Virus record (IMG/VR): IMGVR_UViG_3300048861_000025 | Coordinates: 1-42,805 of that record | DNA length: 42,805 nucleotides | Direction: 5' to 3' (one strand) | Source: a virus | Lineage: Duplodnaviria; Caudoviricetes | In this document: piece after piece, positions 15,678-25,067 of the stretch | Position numbering within the stretch: position 1 is the first letter of the stretch | How the letters are laid out: the number at the start of each line of letters is the position of its first letter | Position numbers and translations under genes: made by a program | The notes under the pieces: generated by a model | What the model was told of the DNA's origin: nothing | The model's database searches: none | Seen by the model: only the letters and a program-made list of their open reading frames with translations

Positions 15678-16147
15678 TGGGCCGCTCAACGAAACCTCGC
15701 AAAGCATATCGTCCGCGCGCCGTCAGCCGCACTGCCGGCCTCGACGTGATCGAACGGCGCACGCCGATGGACATCAACCAGACGACGGATCTCGGCATCG
15801 CGTATCACGTGGCGCTCGACGAGATGATCCACGGTCGCGGGACCGAGGAGCACTGGTCGACGGTGGTCTGCGCGCTGAACATCGGGCTCGTGTTGGCAGA
15901 GCAGGGTTTTGCGGCACACCGGATAGAGATCATCAAGGCGGCGCTCGACGGCATGGTGCGCGCCCGCGACCGCGCTCGCGTGTGTGGCCGTTGGGGCTTC
16001 GACGGCGACGCGCTGATCGACGTGAAAATCGGGATCGAAGCCCACGACGGGCAGATGGCAATCGTTCAGAAGGCGACGATCATTGCCGCGTTGGCCGAAG
16101 TTCATCGGCGGATCGATGCGGGCACCGTGTTCAAGGAGGCTGCGTAA
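15677..16147 (+). CDS. Hypothetical phage protein
   Basis: 156 aa, coupled at both ends, basic KPRKAYRPR N-terminus. Confidence 0.72.
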   Translation: MGRSTKPRKAYRPRAVSRTAGLDVIERRTPMDINQTTDLGIAYHVALDEMIHGRGTEEHWSTVVCALNIGLVLAEQGFAAHRIEIIKAALDGMVRARDRARVCGRWGFDGDALIDVKIGIEAHDGQMAIVQKATIIAALAEVHRRIDAGTVFKEAA

Positions 16148-16797
16148 TGGGCCGCACCATATGGTCTGACGCAGAGGACAAGATTCTGCGTGACATCTAC
16201 AGCACTCGAAGCCTGGTGTCGCAGATGCACCGCCTGCCGGGACGTTCGTTCGCGGGTGCGCGCATGCGGGCCAAGCGCCTCGGTCTGGCTGACCCTGCTT
16301 TCAATGCATGGACGCCTGAAGAGGACGAGGTTGTTCGACGCGCGTACGAGAGCGGCACGCCAATCAAGGTCGCTCTCCGCGATCTTCCGGGACGTCAGCA
16401 GCGCGCCGCTATCGCACGAGCTGAGCGAATTGGTCTCACCGGGACATTCAATGGCACAACGGGCTCGACGTTCTCTTGGGTCGAGCAGGCGCTGCGCCAG
16501 GCCTTGGAAGACGGCATTCCGTTGACCGTGCGTCAACTCGCTGAGGCAACGCGCGCTTCGTTGGCAGGGATCAACTACACGGTGAGCCGCCTGCACGGCA
16601 AAGGCCTATATATCGACGGCTGGTCGCGAGTGGGCAATAGCTACGCTGCCAAGTGGATGCTCGGAACGACGCGCGACGCAAAAAAGCCGCCTCGCGTACG
16701 GAGCGCCGATAGCTGCCGGCGGTGGCGCGCCCGCCGCAAGCTGGCCGTCGGCACGTTCAACCCGTTTGCAACAGCGATACAACAGGTGGCCGCATGA
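16147..16797 (+). CDS. Protein with two Myb/SANT-like repeats and an HTH
   Basis: WSDAEDKILR...LPGRS...RAKRLGL and WTPEEDEVVR...LPGR...RAERIGL; LTVRQLAEAT. Confidence 0.72.
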   Translation: MGRTIWSDAEDKILRDIYSTRSLVSQMHRLPGRSFAGARMRAKRLGLADPAFNAWTPEEDEVVRRAYESGTPIKVALRDLPGRQQRAAIARAERIGLTGTFNGTTGSTFSWVEQALRQALEDGIPLTVRQLAEATRASLAGINYTVSRLHGKGLYIDGWSRVGNSYAAKWMLGTTRDAKKPPRVRSADSCRRWRARRKLAVGTFNPFATAIQQVAA

Positions 16798-17261
16798 AAC
16801 TCGCAGATCGGATCATCGCGCGCGTGACACGCCGCGCACCAGACGTCGTGATAGGCGACCGCGTCGACCCGTACTTAATCCGGTGGTGGGTCATCCCGCG
16901 TAACCGGTTCTTCAACGTCTACCTGCATAGATTCCTGCGTAGCGACGACGACCGCGCGCTGCACGATCACCCCTGGACAAACCTGTCGATCCTGCTGCGC
17001 GGCACGTACGTCGAACACACGATCGCGGCGGGCGGCGTCAACGTGCGCACCGAGCGCCGCGCCGGCGCGTGGAAGCTTCGAATGTTCGGCAGCGCGGCCC
17101 ACCGGCTGGAACTGGTCGACGGCGAGTGCTGGACGATCTTCATCACCGGGCCGAGATACCGTGAGTGGGGCTTTCATTGCCCGCTGGCGGGTTGGGTGCA
17201 TTGGAAGCGGTTCACGGCTACCGACAACCCCGGCGAGATCGGCAGGGGATGCGGCGAATGA
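16794..17261 (+). CDS. Cupin-fold phage protein
   Basis: YLHRFLRSDDDRALHDHPW...Y.E...HRLEL...WTIFITGP..REWGF. Confidence 0.8.
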   Translation: MKLADRIIARVTRRAPDVVIGDRVDPYLIRWWVIPRNRFFNVYLHRFLRSDDDRALHDHPWTNLSILLRGTYVEHTIAAGGVNVRTERRAGAWKLRMFGSAAHRLELVDGECWTIFITGPRYREWGFHCPLAGWVHWKRFTATDNPGEIGRGCGE

Positions 17262-17713
17262 TGCGGAACTCGACATTCAAGAAGCCGGGTAAGCCCATCG
17301 AGCGGAAACCGTTCAAAGCGCAGCTCGACCGCAACACGCAGACGCTGGTGCGCAAAAGCGCAATGAAATCGAAGCCAAGGCGCGTCACGGTCGCATCAGG
17401 CAAGAGGTTCATTGACGCGTGTCGCGGCGAAGAATGCTATCTCCGCGTGCCTGGTGTGTGCTGCTCCATTGGCTGGTCGCACGACAGTGTCGTCGACTGT
17501 CATTCGAACCAAAGCCGCCACGGAAAAGCCGGTGCACGCAAGGCAGACAACATTTACACGGTGCCGGGTTGTGGACCGTGCCACGCGTGGATTGACCAGA
17601 ACCGTGTAGGCACGCCGAAGCAGGTCAAGTACGACGTGTGGGATCGGGCTTACGAGCGGTGGGAGCCGGTGCGCGCGAGAAAGATGGGATTGGAAATGCA
17701 GGAGGCAGCGTAA
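17258..17713 (+). CDS. DUF1364/YbcO-like Zn-binding nuclease-domain protein
   Basis: RGEECYLRVPGVC...VV.CH...GK...KAD...GCGPCHAWID. Confidence 0.8.
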   Translation: MMRNSTFKKPGKPIERKPFKAQLDRNTQTLVRKSAMKSKPRRVTVASGKRFIDACRGEECYLRVPGVCCSIGWSHDSVVDCHSNQSRHGKAGARKADNIYTVPGCGPCHAWIDQNRVGTPKQVKYDVWDRAYERWEPVRARKMGLEMQEAA

Positions 17714-18030
17714 TGCAGTTGTTCGTGAATGTGCCGCTGAAATCGACGCGCCGTGTGCGCGGGCGGCTTCAGTCGAACTTCCATAGTGCGTGGTTCAACG
17801 TCGTGCGGCTGTATGGGCCCGAGCAGACCGATTGGTATCGCGGATTGGGCCGTAACTATATCTGGGCAGACATCGAGTTACCCGACGACCTTCGCGAGCA
17901 TGTGAGCGTTGCAGGGATCAAGGACGACGGCACGATCCGCGTGCAGGTATGGGTGAACACGCATCGAAAGACGCTGGCGCCGTTTCTCGCCAGTGGTGAT
18001 CTCGAATGGGATGTGAGGGGCCAACTATGA
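17713..18030 (+). CDS. Hypothetical phage protein
   Basis: TAATG coupling, GGAGG SD. Confidence 0.7.
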   Translation: MQLFVNVPLKSTRRVRGRLQSNFHSAWFNVVRLYGPEQTDWYRGLGRNYIWADIELPDDLREHVSVAGIKDDGTIRVQVWVNTHRKTLAPFLASGDLEWDVRGQL

Positions 18031-18044
18031 CTAGGAGCACGAAT

Positions 18045-18434
18045 ATGAGCAAGCTGAAATCATTTGCAACTCTGTTGGCGGCCGTTGGCCTAGCCGTGCT
18101 TTCAGGCTGCAACGATGCCGATGTCGCGTCGCGTAATCTGTCGACGGCCGCCGATAACTTCCAAATCAACCGGCGAGTCGTTTTCTACAACGGCATCACT
18201 GGCGACTACATGTTGAGCATCGAAGGGATGTGTTCGCTTGGCAATGCCGACAAGGTTCGAGAGGTGTCGATCACCTGCAAGACGGGCCCGAACAGCTTCA
18301 AAAAGCACTTCCTCGGTCTGTCGGACAACGTGACATATTTCGTCGAGCAGGTCGACGGCGCCGACGTGAGCACATACCACTACAAGGTTGTCTTCAAACC
18401 GTCGGTGATCGTGCCCGACATCACGGTCAAGTGA
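18045..18434 (+). CDS. Conserved phage lipoprotein
   Basis: Lipobox LSGC; ADVASRNLS.AADNF.I.RRVVFYNGIT...KKHFLGLSDNVTYFVEQ; AGGAG SD. Confidence 0.85.
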   Translation: MSKLKSFATLLAAVGLAVLSGCNDADVASRNLSTAADNFQINRRVVFYNGITGDYMLSIEGMCSLGNADKVREVSITCKTGPNSFKKHFLGLSDNVTYFVEQVDGADVSTYHYKVVFKPSVIVPDITVK

Positions 18435-18445
18435 AGGATCACACC

Positions 18446-18694
18446 ATGAGCGAGATTAAGGTTAACACCGCCCGCACCAACACGCAGACGCATCGCGCCG
18501 CGCTTGGCGTCGACGAAATCAAGCGGATCCTCGCGCGGGAAGTCTGCGCAGCCGCCGATGTGCCGATGGACGCCGATAGCACGCATGTGAATGTTCAACT
18601 AAGTAGCCGCATGGGCAACTACGGTTCCGAATACGAGGCAATCGTGACAGTGATCATCGACTACGAAAAGTTGCCGACGGTGAGCGAATCATGA
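18446..18694 (+). CDS. Hypothetical phage protein
   Basis: AAGGA SD, ATGA overlap downstream. Confidence 0.65.
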   Translation: MSEIKVNTARTNTQTHRAALGVDEIKRILAREVCAAADVPMDADSTHVNVQLSSRMGNYGSEYEAIVTVIIDYEKLPTVSES

Positions 18695-18942
18695 GCGCGC
18701 ACGCATACATCCAATACGCCGATGTCCCTGACGCTCTGACCGGGTCGAGCCGGCAATGGGTCGACAGCATCACGCGCGAGAAGCTTGTCTCGTTCGATGA
18801 TTGTCCACTGATCGGCCATATCGATGTCCTGAGCGATGGACGCATTCAGGTCGAGTTCGCATGGCCGAAGCTTGCCACCTTGCGTTATGCGCTTGGCGAT
18901 TGGCTGATGCACCACAGCATTCACTATACGGTGGTCATGTGA
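18691..18942 (+). CDS. Hypothetical phage protein
   Basis: 83 aa, coupled at both ends. Confidence 0.68.
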   Translation: MSAHAYIQYADVPDALTGSSRQWVDSITREKLVSFDDCPLIGHIDVLSDGRIQVEFAWPKLATLRYALGDWLMHHSIHYTVVM

Positions 18943-19160
18943 AGAGGCATGGAGCAGGCGGCTATGTCCGCGAGATGAAGGTCCGCCGCTGGTTAGTCGG
19001 CTTCATCCCGTACACGACGATCCACCCGAAGCCGCACATTCAATTCTTCTGTGGCCTGTGGGTTTGCCGAGATGATCGAGCCGATCCGACGAGCGCCGCG
19101 TGGGCCGGCTTCTCCCCGGCGAATGCGTGGACATCGTGGGCGCGCTGGAGGTTGATTTGA
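18939..19160 (+). CDS. Hypothetical phage protein
   Basis: GTGA and TTGA overlaps at both ends. Confidence 0.55.
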   Translation: MKRHGAGGYVREMKVRRWLVGFIPYTTIHPKPHIQFFCGLWVCRDDRADPTSAAWAGFSPANAWTSWARWRLI

Positions 19161-19738
19161 ATGCCCGCCTGCGCGGCCTGCACCGCGATCCACTGGTTGT
19201 TTTGATCGACGCTGAGCAGCCTGCCTGCAACGGCTGCCCGCACGAACGAACATACGAATTCATCGGCTCTATGCAAACCATCTGCGCTATCGGCAATACG
19301 CACGGCAACCGTTGCGAACAATACGGAAAGAGGCAAACCAACATGACGACAAACGCCATTGCGGCAGATGAAATCGACGCGGTTCTGACGGAATGGTACG
19401 AGTGGAGTCAGGCATACGAGCCCGCCCTAGGGCACGGTCGCGCGTCTGCGAGCTGCCGCGACTTCAAGATCAGCAATCAGTGGATGGATTACGACGATCT
19501 GTCCGAAACGGTTGATCGACAGTTGCGCGCCGCGACCGGCGAAGCTGTCGATCCGCTGATTCAAAAACTGTCGCTCAACCATCGCATTGCTGTAATGACC
19601 GCTGTGCGCAACTTCGTGGCCGGCGCGCTGATCCACCGCAACCCACGAAACCAGGCGACGCAAGACACTGACTACGCTGAAGCGAAGCGCCTGCTGCGAC
19701 CGGGCCTGTTTGCCAAAGGTCTGGTCGCTAAGCTGTAA
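19157..19738 (+). CDS. Q-like late antiterminator, with possible N-terminal Zn-binding extension (alternative start 19343)
   Basis: Last nin-region gene before the late promoter; L.EW..W...VD..I.KL...HR.AV...Y.EAK..L sigma-region-4-like pattern. Confidence 0.6.
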   Translation: MNARLRGLHRDPLVVLIDAEQPACNGCPHERTYEFIGSMQTICAIGNTHGNRCEQYGKRQTNMTTNAIAADEIDAVLTEWYEWSQAYEPALGHGRASASCRDFKISNQWMDYDDLSETVDRQLRAATGEAVDPLIQKLSLNHRIAVMTAVRNFVAGALIHRNPRNQATQDTDYAEAKRLLRPGLFAKGLVAKL

Positions 19739-19776
19739 GATGGGCACGTGGTGATTGTACAAACGGGAGCGGCTTA

Positions 19777-20259
19777 ATGGGCACCAACTGGAAGGCATTC
19801 GGGGAAATCCAAACACCGGCAGACCTCGTCAAGAAACTAGCGTTCGACCTTGAGCGAATGAAGGATTCCACTCAAGATCACTATGCGGCGTTCGATTTCT
19901 TTGTTACCGCAGAGCATATAGTTGACTGGCTTCATCCGACCGACCGCGTCGCGCAGAAAAACCTTAGGGATTCTAGTATTTTGTTGCAAGTGATTTCTCA
20001 TTTGGGAAATGGCGCCAAACACTTTCACGCCACGCGAGGTGGCCACAAGACAGTGACCGGCATGCACGAAGAGCCGTATGCGGAAGATTATGTCGAGGAG
20101 GGTTACGTGAAGGATTCACTCTGTGTCGATCTCGATCCGACGGAGGCGGCTGCGTTAGGCTCTACCAGAATGCCGGTCGTTGAGTTGGCTCAGCGCGTAC
20201 TTGAATACTGGCAAGCGTCTCCGTTGATTGGCATGAAAAAAACAGTTGTAAACCCGTAA
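19777..20259 (+). CDS. Moron protein, HEPN-like helical fold candidate
   Basis: AAFDFFVTAEHIVDW...LQVISHLGNGAKH; lower GC; GGGAG SD. Confidence 0.65.
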   Translation: MGTNWKAFGEIQTPADLVKKLAFDLERMKDSTQDHYAAFDFFVTAEHIVDWLHPTDRVAQKNLRDSSILLQVISHLGNGAKHFHATRGGHKTVTGMHEEPYAEDYVEEGYVKDSLCVDLDPTEAAALGSTRMPVVELAQRVLEYWQASPLIGMKKTVVNP

Positions 20260-20274
20260 ATGTTTTGGTAATGT
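20246..20274 (+). promoter_or_regulatory. Late promoter (pR'-like)
   Basis: TTGTAA-17nt-TAATGT with extended TGn, followed about 30 nt later by a strong terminator. Confidence 0.65.
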
Positions 20275-20304
20275 CTCGTTCGTGGCGCCTTCGCACGTCC
20301 AAAG

Positions 20305-20339
20305 AAAAGCCCGCACGGTTCGCGCCGAGCGGGCTTTTT
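20305..20339. terminator. Bidirectional terminator (tR'-like)
   Basis: AAAAGCCCGC(A)CGG-loop-CCG(A)GCGGGCTTTTT. Confidence 0.85.
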
Positions 20340-20343
20340 GCAC

Positions 20344-20568
20344 TTACGCTCCGAAACCTCCGCCAACGCCGCCGCCAGAATCATCTGCGAGCGTGTACGA
20401 CATGTTTTCCTTATTGCATTTGACCATGTCGCCACACTTCGGGCATTGAGCGGTGTTTCCCCAAGTCGTTGCCGTTTCGAATGAAATGGTATCGCCAAAG
20501 AATATCGGAGACGGGAATCGCGTACTGCACTTTGGACACTTAATGAAAGACTCTTTGATCTCTGCCAT
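20344..20568 (-). CDS. 74-aa zinc-ribbon protein (antisense moron)
   Basis: CPKC...CPKC; AAGGA SD; ends at the terminator; Gly-rich tail. Confidence 0.72.
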   Translation of the reverse strand: MAEIKESFIKCPKCSTRFPSPIFFGDTISFETATTWGNTAQCPKCGDMVKCNKENMSYTLADDSGGGVGGGFGA

Positions 20569-20620
20569 ATAGATTTCCTTTGAGCCGGCCCTTCCGGCGC
20601 AACGATTCTACAACCTCGCC

Positions 20621-20968
20621 ATGAACCTCAAAGTCATCATTCAGAAGATCGCCTCGTGGTTCGGGATCGAGGTAAAGACCGTTGAGCAAGACGGCATCAA
20701 GCTATTTGACCAAGTCGGCAACGAGGTCTGGAGCCTCGCGCGAGACGGTACGATCAAGATCACTCCCAGCCAACCTCAACAGGACGCGACTATCATGAGC
20801 ACTCCCGCTGCAGCAGCAACGCCGGCAACGACCGGCAACAACGTGAACACCGCAGTGCAACTCGCGCTTGCGCTGAAGGCAATCGATCCGTCGCTGTCGG
20901 TCGAAGCAGTGCAGGCCGCAACCAGTGCGGCGCTCGCCGCTGCATATCCGGTCGCTGCTGCTGCCTGA
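20621..20968 (+). CDS. Hypothetical Ala-rich late protein
   Basis: 115 aa, TGATG coupling to HNH. Confidence 0.6.
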   Translation: MNLKVIIQKIASWFGIEVKTVEQDGIKLFDQVGNEVWSLARDGTIKITPSQPQQDATIMSTPAAAATPATTGNNVNTAVQLALALKAIDPSLSVEAVQAATSAALAAAYPVAAAA

Positions 20969-21363
20969 TGCCGCGCCTTCGCACGTTGCCGCCTCGACTG
21001 CAATCGCTGCCGAGTCGTGTCGTCGTTGCGGAGGCTATCTCGTGGCGCACTGGCAAGACCAGTAGCGCAGCGCGAGGCTATGACTATGCCTGGCAGCAAC
21101 TGCGCGCCAAGCACCTTGCGGCGCATCCTCATTGCGTGTTTTGCCTTCGTGACCTTGGCATGCTCAGCATGTCGCCCTCTGACGTGGTGCTCGCGTGCGC
21201 TGAACGTGGCGTTGCTGAGCCGCTCGGCAATATCGGCGACCACATCGTGCCGCACCAAGGCAATGACAGGCTGAGGCTTGACCCGGCTAACGTTCAGACG
21301 CTCTGCAAGCCACATCACGACGGCGAGAAGGCGCGTACCGAACGAGCGAGCAGTTGTCGATAG
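20968..21363 (+). CDS. Terminase-associated HNH endonuclease (HK97 gp74-like)
   Basis: ARGY...W...R...L...P.CVFC...DHIVPH.G...NVQTLCKPHH...K; upstream of terS. Confidence 0.9.
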   Translation: MPRLRTLPPRLQSLPSRVVVAEAISWRTGKTSSAARGYDYAWQQLRAKHLAAHPHCVFCLRDLGMLSMSPSDVVLACAERGVAEPLGNIGDHIVPHQGNDRLRLDPANVQTLCKPHHDGEKARTERASSCR

Positions 21364-21498
21364 CGCGTAATCGTCGCTCATCGAGTGTATTTATTCGTTC
21401 GAATTATTTTGCCAAACACCTGACGTGACTTTCTGCCTATTTTTTGAGCAGCGAGCGCGGGTTTCGCACCTTCGTGGTGCGATGCCTAAAAAGTAGGC

Positions 21499-21569
21499 AG
21501 GGGGTGTCGAAAGTCTGAGGGTCCGACCGGCCTCGACCGACCGTTCCCGCACGCGCAGAAAAAATTCCC
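21499..21569 (+). other. Probable cos region; candidate core CGACCGTTCC 21538-21547
   Basis: Between HNH and terS; G-run, GACCG repeats and GCGCAGAAAAAATTCCC typical of HK97-like cos regions; resembles the phiE125 3' overhang CGCCCGCTTC as recalled. Confidence 0.5.
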
Positions 21570-21586
21570 TTTTGAGGATTTTGTTA

Positions 21587-22057
21587 ATGGCTTTAACAGC
21601 GAAAAAGAGGCTTTTCGCCGACGCTGTTTTGGCCGGCAAAGCCAATAAGGACGCGGCAATCGCGGCTGGTTACAGTGCCGCGACAGCATCGGCCGCCGGG
21701 TCGCGGCTTGTTAAAGACAAGGACGTGGCGTTGTACATAGCCGCGCAGCGAATCGAGCAAGAGTCGAAGGCCGCCGCGGCTGCAAAACCTGTCGTTGATC
21801 GGTCGCCGCCGCCGGATTTCGATCCGTATGCGATGACGAGCTTCACCGATCCGAAGGCTTTCCTCATTGCCGCTATGAACGACGGGCGAACCGAGCCGAA
21901 GCTGCGGGTCGACGCTGCGAAAGCGCTGATGCCGTTCGTTCACGCGAAGGTCGGCGAGACCGGCAAGAAGGATGCGAAGGGCGCGGCGGCAGAAAAGGCG
22001 GCGAACAAGTTTGCGTCACTGGCGACGCCGAAACTCGTCGTCAATAACCGGAAGTAA
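21587..22057 (+). CDS. terS: Terminase small subunit
   Basis: LT.K..LF......G.....AAIAAGYS..TA...GSRL; R.DAAKALMPF.H.K. Confidence 0.88.
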   Translation: MALTAKKRLFADAVLAGKANKDAAIAAGYSAATASAAGSRLVKDKDVALYIAAQRIEQESKAAAAAKPVVDRSPPPDFDPYAMTSFTDPKAFLIAAMNDGRTEPKLRVDAAKALMPFVHAKVGETGKKDAKGAAAEKAANKFASLATPKLVVNNRK

Positions 22058-22060
22058 CGG

Positions 22061-23776
22061 ATGGAATGGTCGACTGCGTGCCCGGATTGGCCTGAACGGC
22101 TGAGGGCGGGGCGTTCGATCATTCCGCCGCCGATCTTTGCGGAGCAGGCCGAGATCGCGCTGAACGTTTTCAAGCAGCTCAAGATCGTCGATGCACCGGG
22201 CAGCCCGACGTTTGGCGAGTCGTGCGCGCAGTGGGTGTTCGATCTCGTCGCGTCGATCTTCGGCGCATACGATCCAGACAGCGGCCGGCGGTTGATCACC
22301 GAGTGGTTTGTGTGCATCCCGAAGAAGAACAGCAAGTCGACGCTCGCTGCCGGGATCATGATGACCGCGATGATCCTCAACTGGCGACAGTCGGCCGAGT
22401 ACGCGATTCTGGCGCCGACGATCGAGGTCGCGAACAACAGTTTTGCGCCGAGCCGGGACATGGTGAAGCACGAGGCAGACCTCGACGAGCTGTTCCAGGT
22501 GCAAACGCACATCAAGACCATCACGCATCGCGTCAGTGGCGCGGCGCTGAAGGTCGTCGCCGCCGACGCGAATACGGTCAGCGGTAAGAAAAGCGTCGGG
22601 ACGCTGATTGACGAGCTTTGGCTGTTCGGTAAGCAGCCGAACGCAGAGGACATGCTTCGGGAGGCGACGGGCGGCCTCGCATCGCGTCCCGAAGGTTTCA
22701 TCATCTACCTGACGACGCAGTCGAACGATCCGCCGGCGGGCGTGTTCCTGCAGAAGCTTCGCTACGCACGCGACGTGCGCGACGGCAAGATCGTCGATCC
22801 ATGCTTCGTGCCGGTGATCTTCGAGCATCCGCCCGAGATGGTGAAGCGCAAGGAGCACCTGAAGGTTGAAAACCTCGCGATGGTGAATCCGAACTTCGGA
22901 TTCTCTGTCGACCAGGCGTATCTAGAGCGCGAGTTTCGGAAGGCACAGGAAACGGGCGAAGAGTCGTTTCGCGGCTTCCTCGCGAAGCATGCGAATGTCG
23001 AGATCGGTCTCGCTCTGCGCTGCGATCGTTGGGCTGGCGCTGAATTCTGGGAAGCGGCCGCGCAGGTGCCGGGCGTGACGCTTGACCAAATGATTGATCG
23101 ATGCGAAGTGATTGACGTCGGTATCGACGGTGGCGGTCTCGACGACTTGCTCGGGCTCGCAGTAGTCGGCCGCGAAAAGGGTACGCGGAACTGGTTGGCG
23201 TGGACGCATGCGTGGGCACATCCCTCAGTGTTCGAACGCCGGAAAGAGATCGCGGACACGTTGCGAGACTTCGAGCGCGAGGGCGATTTGACTGTCGTTG
23301 AGCAAATCGGCGACGACGTCGAAGACGTTGCGCACATCGTCGCGACTATTCAACAGGCCGGACTGTTGGACAAGGTCGGCGCGGACCCGGCCGGCATCGG
23401 CGGCGTGCTCGACGCGCTCAGCGCGGCCGGCGTGCCAGAAGACAAAGTGATCGGTATCTCGCAGGGTTGGAAGCTGTCGGGTGCGATCAAGACGACCGAG
23501 CGACGCGTAGCGGCGGCAAGCGGGCGACGCGCTGATGATGGCGGCGAGAAGCCCGACGGCACTTTGATACACGGCGGTCAGCGCATGATGGCGTGGAGCG
23601 TCGGCAATGCGCGCGTTGTGCCGGTGGGCAACGCTGTGAACATCACAAAACAGGCCAGCGGGACGGGCAAGATTGACCCGCTGATGGCGATTTTCGATGC
23701 GGTATCGCTGATGGCGCTCAATCCGCCGGCTCAAGGGCCGTCGGTGTACGAGTCGCGCGGCATCCGATTTCTCTGA
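22061..23776 (+). CDS. terL: Terminase large subunit
   Basis: IPKKNSKST (Walker A variant), LIDEL (Walker B), GIDGGGLDDL, KIDPL.A nuclease motifs. Confidence 0.96.
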   Translation: MEWSTACPDWPERLRAGRSIIPPPIFAEQAEIALNVFKQLKIVDAPGSPTFGESCAQWVFDLVASIFGAYDPDSGRRLITEWFVCIPKKNSKSTLAAGIMMTAMILNWRQSAEYAILAPTIEVANNSFAPSRDMVKHEADLDELFQVQTHIKTITHRVSGAALKVVAADANTVSGKKSVGTLIDELWLFGKQPNAEDMLREATGGLASRPEGFIIYLTTQSNDPPAGVFLQKLRYARDVRDGKIVDPCFVPVIFEHPPEMVKRKEHLKVENLAMVNPNFGFSVDQAYLEREFRKAQETGEESFRGFLAKHANVEIGLALRCDRWAGAEFWEAAAQVPGVTLDQMIDRCEVIDVGIDGGGLDDLLGLAVVGREKGTRNWLAWTHAWAHPSVFERRKEIADTLRDFEREGDLTVVEQIGDDVEDVAHIVATIQQAGLLDKVGADPAGIGGVLDALSAAGVPEDKVIGISQGWKLSGAIKTTERRVAAASGRRADDGGEKPDGTLIHGGQRMMAWSVGNARVVPVGNAVNITKQASGTGKIDPLMAIFDAVSLMALNPPAQGPSVYESRGIRFL

Positions 23777-23783
23777 GGTGTGA

Positions 23784-25067
23784 ATGGGTTGGTTCGATTT
23801 CATCCGGCGGGGCAACCAGCCGGAGGCCCAATCACGCCCTGAAAACGCCGCGCCTCGCGCTGAAATCCCGTCGGGCAGCGTGACTTTCACTGGGCTAGAT
23901 GATCCTCGCCTGCTCGAATACATCCGGCGCGGCGAGCTGGACGGCCGCGATCCGCGCGCGGCGCACGCACTGCGTAACATGGCTGTTCTGCGCTGTGTAA
24001 CGCTGATTTCCGAAGCGATCGGAATGTTGCCGCTCAATCTGCAGAGCAGCGACGAGACGAAACAGGTACAGACCAACGATCCGGCACACCGGCTGCTGAA
24101 GTACAAACCGAACGATTGGCAGACGCCGATCGAGTTTAAGAGCCTTATGCAATTGCGCGCGCTGCTCGACGGCCAGTCGTTCGCGCGAGTTATCTGGTCG
24201 GGTAATCGCCCGATTCGACTGATTCCGATGGATCGCGGCTCGACGAAGCCGCGCCTGACCGACGCCTGGCAGATCGCCTATGACTACACCACACCGGGCG
24301 GCGATCAAATCACTTTGCAGGCGCGCGACGTCTTTCACCTGCGCGATCTTTCACTCGATGGCGTGAACGGCATTTCGCGGATAAGGCTGTCGCGCGAAGC
24401 GCTGGAGCTTGCCGAGCAGGCTGAGCGTGCGGCGTCGCGCACGTTCCGCACTGGAGTGATGGCGGGTGGTGCGATCGAGATCCCGAAAGAGCTTTCCGAC
24501 ATCGCCTATAAGCGCATGAAGGATTCGCTCGCCGATAACTACTCGGGCGCGGAAAACGCCGGTAGTTGGATGTTGATCGAAGAGGGTGGCACGGCCAAGC
24601 AGTTCACGGCGACCGCCGTCTCCGCGCAGCAGATCGAGACACGTAATCACCAGATCGAAGAGGTGGCGCGCATGTATGGCGTGCCGCGACCGCTTCTCAT
24701 GATGGACGACACGAGTTGGGGCAGCGGCATCGAGCAACTGGCGATCTTTTTTATTCAGTACGGCCTCGGACACTGGTTTGTCTCGTGGGAGCAGGCTGCG
24801 GCCCGCAGCTTCATCCCCGACAACCAGCTTGGCGCGCGGCAATTCAAGTTCAACGAAGGCGCGTTGCTGCGTGGCACGCTAAACGATCAAGCGTCGTTCT
24901 TCTCGAAGGCGCTCGGCGCCGGCGGCCAAGCGCCGTGGATGTCGCAGAACGAGGTACGGGAGCTATCCGATCTGCCCAAATCCGATGATCCGCAGACCGA
25001 CGCGCTGCGCAATCCAATGACACAGCAACCGAAGGGAAGCGGCGATGAGCCTCCTAAAACTGCCTGA
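23784..25067 (+). CDS. HK97-family portal protein
   Basis: AV.RCV.LISE.I..LP, LL..KPN.WQT, FHLR, E.R..QIEEVAR.YGVP, NEVRE...LP. Confidence 0.96.
   Translation: MGWFDFIRRGNQPEAQSRPENAAPRAEIPSGSVTFTGLDDPRLLEYIRRGELDGRDPRAAHALRNMAVLRCVTLISEAIGMLPLNLQSSDETKQVQTNDPAHRLLKYKPNDWQTPIEFKSLMQLRALLDGQSFARVIWSGNRPIRLIPMDRGSTKPRLTDAWQIAYDYTTPGGDQITLQARDVFHLRDLSLDGVNGISRIRLSREALELAEQAERAASRTFRTGVMAGGAIEIPKELSDIAYKRMKDSLADNYSGAENAGSWMLIEEGGTAKQFTATAVSAQQIETRNHQIEEVARMYGVPRPLLMMDDTSWGSGIEQLAIFFIQYGLGHWFVSWEQAAARSFIPDNQLGARQFKFNEGALLRGTLNDQASFFSKALGAGGQAPWMSQNEVRELSDLPKSDDPQTDALRNPMTQQPKGSGDEPPKTA

Noticed and set aside
22310-22345. Inactive terminase because Walker A lacks Gly (PKKNSKST)
   Set aside because: This variant is typical of a TerL subfamily and the other motifs are intact
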